The notes beneath the pieces are model-generated. The model saw only the letters and a program-made list of their open reading frames with translations, was not told the origin of the DNA and did not search any database. This document shows positions 58,248-64,000 of a stretch of DNA of 64,000 bases, piece after piece. How positions within the stretch are numbered: position 1 is the stretch's first letter; the number at the start of each line of letters is the position of its first letter. The stretch is from assembly GCA_964402035.1 (NCBI GenBank), contig CAYOAM010000002.1, positions 178,964 through 242,963 of the forward strand. Reading direction: 5' to 3'. Origin of the DNA: an uncultured Candidatus Saccharibacteria bacterium. Its GTDB lineage: Bacteria > Patescibacteriota > Minisyncoccia > Phycocordibacterales > UBA918. Position numbers and translations under genes: made by a program.

Positions 58248-60173
58248 CTAGATAGTGAGTGAGGTAGTGTCGTAGTCTTCTGCAGGAGTTGCAAGCTGCT
58301 GAGTATCAGCATCTGCGTTTGAGTTGTTCCAGTTTACGCTGTACAACTGTACCTTGAATGAACCAGTTGAGACCGGGTCAAATTCAACCGTGAGTGTGAA
58401 TGTTTCTGTTTCACCCTCAGCAATCTTGAAGCGACCACTTTCGATCTCAGCTGATGAGTCAAGTGTGCCTACTCGTACTCCAGTGTCAATGGTTGAACCA
58501 CCTTCTGTGATGATGTAGTTCACACCTGTGTTTGATTCAGTAGTACCAGAAGCAGTGTTGTCGTCGATAAAGATATCTGTCTCAAATGCAGTCACATCAA
58601 ACTCGATGACGAAGACTCCTTCATCGTCGGTAGTAGTCTCTGCATTCTCCTTAAGGTCAACGCTCTCCTCAGTAAATTCGAGGACAGCACCTTCTGAGCG
58701 GACAGTATGAGTATCGCCAGTAGCGGTACCTTCTCCAGTGATATCATCTACACCCTCAAAGTCGCCTGTTGCGCCTGAAGTGGTTGCATAGATGTCATCA
58801 CCTTCGTCAAAGTTACCCGTAAGTGCCTTGAACTCAACCTGTACTTCTACTGTCACTCGTTCACCGGCTTCGATCACAAGATCTCCGTCAATGTCGAATG
58901 TTGCTGTACCAGTTGCAGTGCCGTCAAGGTTCCATGTCACATCATCGTAGGTTTCCCCATCGATAACGAGCTGGATGTCAGACACCATCTGATTCACAAT
59001 ATCGTGATCAGTCACAACGCCTACAACAAGCTCATTGACTTCAACATCGTTTACGCTGTCGTCAGTGTCAAGGTCGTATGCGAAGATTGTGTACCAGTCA
59101 GATTTCTCATCCGTATCTACTGCAAGAGTAGTTGCGTCTGGGTCCTCTGAAGAAGTCTTTACAATAACTTCATCGTCGTTTCCTTCAGCATTGATGTCAA
59201 AGGAAACGCCGTTGTCGCCAAGATCGCCAGTAGTTGTTTCAGTTGTTGAAACTTCATCGGCATCCAAGAAGCGAACAGCATCTGCGTCTACACGCCATGC
59301 CTCTCCGTCATCTGCGCCATCTACTGAACTTTGTACAGTAACGGCAACAACAACAGTAACTTCCTCATCTTCCATAGCTACAATGTCGAGACCAGAGAAT
59401 CGTAGAGAACCATCGTCCTCATCGAGATACTCATCTTCGTCATTTGCATCCATGCGAGCAACCTCATCTCCATCTACCCAGAGAGATACCTCTTCAAAGG
59501 TGTCCCAAGGATCCTGTTCATCACCTGATCCTACGAGGGCAAAGTCAAGACGAGTGATTTGTGCATCACCATCTGCAAAGCTGTACTCAAACTCAGCAAC
59601 TGGAGCATCTTCCTGTCCTTCTTCAAGGTCAGTATCATCTCCATCATTCTTGTTTACATCATCGAGTGATGCTTCACCAGAAAGGTCTGAACTTGAGTCA
59701 TCGTTTGAATCGTCATTTGAGTCATCGTTTGAATCGTCATTCGAGTCATCCTGTGCTACACACATAGCATTTACTGCAGCACGAGTAACCGGGCCAAAGT
59801 ATCCTACTGCTGGGCTAATAGCCTTTGCAGACTGGAACGCTGAGAGAGCTGATTTTGTCTGGCCACCAAAGTAACCAGTTGCACCTGCTGCAATTGCGTA
59901 TCCATGATTGATAAGGAAGTTTTGGAGTCCTGTCACATCAGCACCACTTGCGCCGAGCGTAAGGTCCATGGTAAACGCTGCGCAGGTGTTCGTAGAAGGC
60001 GCATTGCCTGCTTGAAGAGCCGCAATCTGCGCAGTGAGCGTAGCGATCATTGCTTCCATCTCAGCAGCTGTCATTGTTGCCGCCTTTGCAGGAGCAAATG
60101 AGAGTGTGAAGAGCATAGAAGCCGCAACAAAGCCCACAACGAGCTTTGAAGCAACATTTTGAGTAATAGTCAT
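58248..60173 (-). CDS. Secreted or cell-surface protein. N-terminal signal/TM, a peptidoglycan-binding (PG_binding_1-like) domain, (DDSND)n repeats and a long acidic D/E/T/V-rich C-terminal region.
   Basis: GASGADVTGLQNFLINHGYAIAAGATGYFGGQTKSALSAFQ is the PG-binding motif. DDSNDDSNDDSNDDSND tandem. The C-terminal two-thirds are about 30% D/E/T. Confidence 0.6.
   Translation of the reverse strand: MTITQNVASKLVVGFVAASMLFTLSFAPAKAATMTAAEMEAMIATLTAQIAALQAGNAPSTNTCAAFTMDLTLGASGADVTGLQNFLINHGYAIAAGATGYFGGQTKSALSAFQSAKAISPAVGYFGPVTRAAVNAMCVAQDDSNDDSNDDSNDDSNDDSSSDLSGEASLDDVNKNDGDDTDLEEGQEDAPVAEFEYSFADGDAQITRLDFALVGSGDEQDPWDTFEEVSLWVDGDEVARMDANDEDEYLDEDDGSLRFSGLDIVAMEDEEVTVVVAVTVQSSVDGADDGEAWRVDADAVRFLDADEVSTTETTTGDLGDNGVSFDINAEGNDDEVIVKTSSEDPDATTLAVDTDEKSDWYTIFAYDLDTDDSVNDVEVNELVVGVVTDHDIVNQMVSDIQLVIDGETYDDVTWNLDGTATGTATFDIDGDLVIEAGERVTVEVQVEFKALTGNFDEGDDIYATTSGATGDFEGVDDITGEGTATGDTHTVRSEGAVLEFTEESVDLKENAETTTDDEGVFVIEFDVTAFETDIFIDDNTASGTTESNTGVNYIITEGGSTIDTGVRVGTLDSSAEIESGRFKIAEGETETFTLTVEFDPVSTGSFKVQLYSVNWNNSNADADTQQLATPAEDYDTTSLTI
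59686..59757 (-). repeat. 15-bp tandem coding repeat (x4-5) encoding DDSND
   Basis: gtcatcgtttgaatcgtcatttgagtcatcgtttgaatcgtcattcgagtcatc. Confidence 0.7.
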
Positions 60174-60946
60174 AGCTATAAACTACTTATAAACTTTAAT
60201 CTAATAATACGAATTAATTCATATTTGCGACCAATGCTCCTTTCAGTGGCACGTTTACACGATACCCCTTCTAGAGAAAGAAACACCAGTCACCACCCAC
60301 TAGTCTATATGCCTGAGATCGACACCGGCATATAAATTAGCTGCATAGAGAAACATTCTGTATATCTGTCATGTCTGCGAGCTGCGGGAGAAAGTCATGC
60401 GGGAAATTCATACATCACACATACCATATATATGTATATGATATATGTATATGTGCGCGTGTTCAGTATATGTAGTTGTCAAAGAACAATGTTTCGAACC
60501 AATTTTATGGAGCACACCCTATTTAGTAAAAAATACAAAACAAGCTAGCTCTACGAAAAAAGGTGCTCGAAAGCACTTCTTTAGTATAGCGTATCAACAA
60601 GTGATCGTCGCGGTACCAAAGAAACCATCCTGTGGATAGGGCTTCTTTATTCGTACTATTAGTAGTACTTCAACAGAAACCGCAGCCGAGGATATGGGTA
60701 GCAGGATACGAGTTTTACCCCCTAAAGTCAATAAAATTGATGCTACACCTCTGTAGTATATAGACGATACTGCTCCATACTTTCTTACGCATATGCGGCT
60801 TAATTACAACACGTAATTTGTATATCTCCTGTACACCCACCGACAATATACGTCCCATTATGACACCTGTAACATTGTCCTATTTAATGTCTTTTTAAAT
60901 CTAGCTGCTTTTACGTGACATTATTGGACACATATCAAAATCATCA

Positions 60947-61660
60947 CTAAACTAAACGATATCTGCTCCAGCGACGCTCTCCTTCACGGACAATAATATT
61001 GTCTGCTATCATGTCCAATAGTTCACGCTGTATAGTCTTTTCACTACAGTCCGTAATAGCGTCTGATATGTCCTTAATACTAACGACCTTACGAACACGT
61101 ATGATAGACAAAATCGACTCACGTCTGCCACCCGAAGTAGCCTGCGACGAAACTAGGCTTACACTACCCACACTCCGTTCTAATATTCTCGACGGTTTCT
61201 TGACCTTCTGATGTTCAAGATACTGCGGCTGATACTCCGTTGATGCTGCGAGCGCTTGACCTCGATATTTTTGCTCGAGTTCATAGATATTTTGGATCAC
61301 TAAGTCAATCTCTCGTACGAGCACGTCCATAAGATCATTCTTCACTACATGTGCTGCTACCAAGAGATGTAACATACTGCGCAATCTGACAAGCATACGA
61401 ACAGCATGCTTGATTTCCATATAAGCCTTCTCAACCGGCGAAGATACCCCGTCTATGACCGATAGTAGCGCATCCTTTGCAGCGCGTCGCGTGTCCGATA
61501 CGATATCAAAAGCTCCTTCAATGTCCTTTTTATTATCGGTAATTAAAAAGACAGCGCATGCTATCTTTTCTGTCTTTTTATAAATGCCAATATAATAATC
61601 GTTATTATATATTGGAACACTGTCACTCACATTGTCCGTAAGAATGTCCTTAATATTCAT
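60947..61660 (-). CDS. Putative transcriptional regulator with a C-terminal winged-helix domain
   Basis: The C-terminus ILSIIRVRKVVSIKDISDAITDCSEKTIQRELLDMIADNIIVREGERRWSRYRL has the pattern of a DeoR/HTH_11-like wHTH. The N-terminal domain is unknown. Confidence 0.45.
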   Translation of the reverse strand: MNIKDILTDNVSDSVPIYNNDYYIGIYKKTEKIACAVFLITDNKKDIEGAFDIVSDTRRAAKDALLSVIDGVSSPVEKAYMEIKHAVRMLVRLRSMLHLLVAAHVVKNDLMDVLVREIDLVIQNIYELEQKYRGQALAASTEYQPQYLEHQKVKKPSRILERSVGSVSLVSSQATSGGRRESILSIIRVRKVVSIKDISDAITDCSEKTIQRELLDMIADNIIVREGERRWSRYRLV

Positions 61661-61839
61661 ATATGTCCTTAAAAGACTTTAGCGACCTTTATCTAATTCT
61701 TTGTACTATACACAAAAAGGACACTGTCCCATACTGTACAACCGTCGATGCGTATGTTTTATATCTAATCGTACTGTGGAGACATGAAAAACGTTGATTT
61801 TGAGGCTCATGCTATGATATCCCTATATAAAACGCACAT

Positions 61840-64000
61840 ATGGCAGTAAAAAAGAAGAAGGAGAAACAACCACTTTTTGATGATCTCGCGCCGCATACCA
61901 AGCAGGCGGTTGCTGCTATTTTTTTTGGCGTCTTGGGGATTTTCTTTGTGCTCTCATCACTGCAAATCGCAGGGGCTGCAGGCAACTTTATGCACACCGC
62001 ACTTTCCTATCTATTTGGGATCGGCTTTATATTGGCCCCCCTCGCATGCCTCCTCTATGTCATGGCACTTCTCCGACCCCGAGAGAGCGGCTTCGTGAGC
62101 ATCTCAAAAATGCTTGGCATCACAGTACTCCTCCTTTCACTCCTCGGGCTTATAGCGCTCTATGACGAAGCACAAGGTGGCATGGTGGGATTTCTCGTTA
62201 TGAAACCACTCGGCTACCTCTTTGGCGCTATAGGCGCTGGTGTTGTGCTCTCTGCACTCGGACTGATCAGCCTGCTACTTATATTGAATGCTGGGCTTCG
62301 GCTACCGCAGTTTCTACGAAAGAAAGAGCCGCCTGTGGCTGACGCAATACCGACGATCGAACCTTTGACTGCAGTGATTGAGCGTGGGGAACTACCCGAG
62401 GAAAAGGAGGAAGCGACGCCAGAAGCTGACGAGCCCAAAAAAAAGACGCTGCGAGAACGAGTTCTGGGCACACAAGATTTTGTGGTGGAGAGCTTCCGTG
62501 GACCCTATGCTCCCCCACCACTGTCGCTCGTCGAAAAGGATCGCGGAAAATCAAAGGGCGGTGATATAAAAGCGCAGTCAAATATTATTCGACGCACCCT
62601 ACAAAACTTTGGCATCATCGTTGAGATGGATGAGATTTCTGTAGGACCTGCCGTCACACGCTTCACCCTCAAACCTGCCGAAGGAGTACGTATTGCAAAA
62701 ATTGTGAGTCTCCAGAGTGACATTGAGCTTGCACTTGCCGCCGGTACCATTCGTATCGAAGCACCAATACCCGGGAAATCACTGGTGGGTATTGAAGTAC
62801 CCAACACACAAAAGACACTCGTGGGTATGGGCTCTCTCCTCTCCTCCCCTGAGTTTATGGATTCACCTAAACCACTCCTTGTAGCACTCGGCAAAGATAT
62901 TTCAGGTCAATCGATCTTTGCCAACGTCGCAAAGATGCCCCACCTCCTCATCGCAGGCACCACAGGCTCAGGAAAATCGGTCACGATTCATGCACTCATC
63001 ACCTCACTCTTGTTCCGCAACTCACCCGAACAACTCCGCTTTATCCTCATAGACCCGAAGCGTGTTGAGCTCACGCTCTACAACAACATCCCCCACCTCC
63101 TAACACCCGTTATTACCGATGCAAAAAAGGCTATCCTATCACTCAAGTGGGCGGCAAATGAAATGGAACGTCGATATGAAATTCTTCAGCACGAGAAGGT
63201 GCGCGATATTAGCTCATATCATGACACTATCTATAAGCCAGCCCTCAAAAAATTTGAAGCCCGTGCAGCAAAAGCTGATAGGGATGACTCTGAAGAGGAG
63301 ACCGAAAAACTTCCTGAACCACTTCCATATATTGTCATCATTATTGACGAGCTTGCAGACATCATGCAGGCTTACCCTCGCGAACTTGAAGCCTCGATTG
63401 TGCGCTTGGCTCAAAAAAGCCGTGCCGTCGGTATTCACCTCCTCCTCGCAACTCAGCGACCAGAAGTAAAGGTTATCACTGGTCTCATCAAGGCAAACAT
63501 GCCGGGACGTATTGCGCTGCGGGTAAACTCTCAGATTGATTCACGGGTGATCATCGATGGTCCGGGGGCAGAAAAACTGCTCGGTTACGGTGATATGCTC
63601 TATATATCGAGTGAAGTTTCAAAACCTCTCCGTGTACAATCAGCCATGATCTCTGAAGCGGAAGTAAAAAATATCGTCTCCTATCTCAAAAACCAAGACT
63701 CTGCTGCAACCCTCGACTCTATTGATCTTGATCTTGGCAACAAAGAGCATGGGGATGCGATGTTTGAATCCTTGACTGAAGATGAGGACGACGATGAACT
63801 CTATGAAGATGTCAAAGCGGTGATACTAAAGGACAAGAAAGCGTCTACATCCTATATCCAACGTCGCTTTCGGATCGGCTACTCGCGCGCAGCACGTTTA
63901 ATCGACATGCTCGAAGAGCGCGGTGTCATTGGAAAACAAGACGGCTCCAGACCGCGAGAAATACTTGCTGCAAGCGAAGAACATGAGGCTGCTGGTGGAA
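61840..64000 (+). CDS. ftsK: DNA translocase FtsK/SpoIIIE, 3'-partial (runs off the window end)
   Basis: Manual translation from ATG 61840 gives N-terminal TM helices, then IAGTTGSGKSVTIHALITSLL (Walker A), IVIIIDELADIM (Walker B) and a gamma-domain-like C-terminus (KASTSYIQRRFRIGYSRAARLIDMLEERGVI). No stop before 64000, so it is absent from the ORF track. Confidence 0.85.
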   Translation, partial: MAVKKKKEKQPLFDDLAPHTKQAVAAIFFGVLGIFFVLSSLQIAGAAGNFMHTALSYLFGIGFILAPLACLLYVMALLRPRESGFVSISKMLGITVLLLSLLGLIALYDEAQGGMVGFLVMKPLGYLFGAIGAGVVLSALGLISLLLILNAGLRLPQFLRKKEPPVADAIPTIEPLTAVIERGELPEEKEEATPEADEPKKKTLRERVLGTQDFVVESFRGPYAPPPLSLVEKDRGKSKGGDIKAQSNIIRRTLQNFGIIVEMDEISVGPAVTRFTLKPAEGVRIAKIVSLQSDIELALAAGTIRIEAPIPGKSLVGIEVPNTQKTLVGMGSLLSSPEFMDSPKPLLVALGKDISGQSIFANVAKMPHLLIAGTTGSGKSVTIHALITSLLFRNSPEQLRFILIDPKRVELTLYNNIPHLLTPVITDAKKAILSLKWAANEMERRYEILQHEKVRDISSYHDTIYKPALKKFEARAAKADRDDSEEETEKLPEPLPYIVIIIDELADIMQAYPRELEASIVRLAQKSRAVGIHLLLATQRPEVKVITGLIKANMPGRIALRVNSQIDSRVIIDGPGAEKLLGYGDMLYISSEVSKPLRVQSAMISEAEVKNIVSYLKNQDSAATLDSIDLDLGNKEHGDAMFESLTEDEDDDELYEDVKAVILKDKKASTSYIQRRFRIGYSRAARLIDMLEERGVIGKQDGSRPREILAASEEHEAAGG

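Noticed and set aside
59686-59757. Short tandem DNA repeat that might suggest a CRISPR-like array
   Set aside because: The repeats are 15 bp, contiguous without spacers, and in-frame within a long ORF (they encode DDSND). It is a coding repeat.

Overview
This 64-kb window is gene-dense and almost all on the minus strand. Its features are most consistent with a Candidate Phyla Radiation (Patescibacteria-like) bacterium; that is an inference, not a classification. The main contents are:

1. An S10-spc-type ribosomal protein cluster running rplC to rplO, followed by secY, adk and map. rpsJ (S10) and rpmD (L30) are absent. The cluster carries internal sigma70-like promoters and terminator hairpins.
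2. Peptidoglycan and envelope genes: murC, murD, an FtsW/RodA-family protein, secD, secF, folD, a phosphoglycosyl transferase and GT4 glycosyltransferases.
3. Archaeal-type CMP and UMP kinases.
4. A mazEF toxin-antitoxin pair.
5. A TraD/VirD4-like ATPase and a VirB2-like small membrane protein.
6. An unlinked rRNA set, all on the minus strand. The 23S gene (about 47540-51454) carries three insertions and the 5S gene lies at 47071-47177, followed by degenerate 5S fragments. The 16S gene (about 31845-34530) lies 12 kb downstream of the 5S and carries two introns, one encoding a LAGLIDADG homing endonuclease.
7. A tRNA-Ile(GAT) gene 2.4 kb downstream of the 16S gene, fused to a perfect 96-bp tandem duplication that contains the tRNA 3' end.

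The most unusual observations are:

- The 16S 3' tail appears to lack a canonical CCUCC anti-Shine-Dalgarno, and no gene start here has a GGAGG-like SD.
- A 23S insertion carries 16S-like 530-loop and 790-loop motifs and a tRNA-like T-arm.
- The intron 3' domains are related across the 16S and 23S genes.
- A three-gene operon of unknown proteins contains tandem paralogs.
- There are long structured non-coding regions at 19.1-19.5 kb and 60.2-60.9 kb.

No CRISPR array, reverse transcriptase or integrase was seen.
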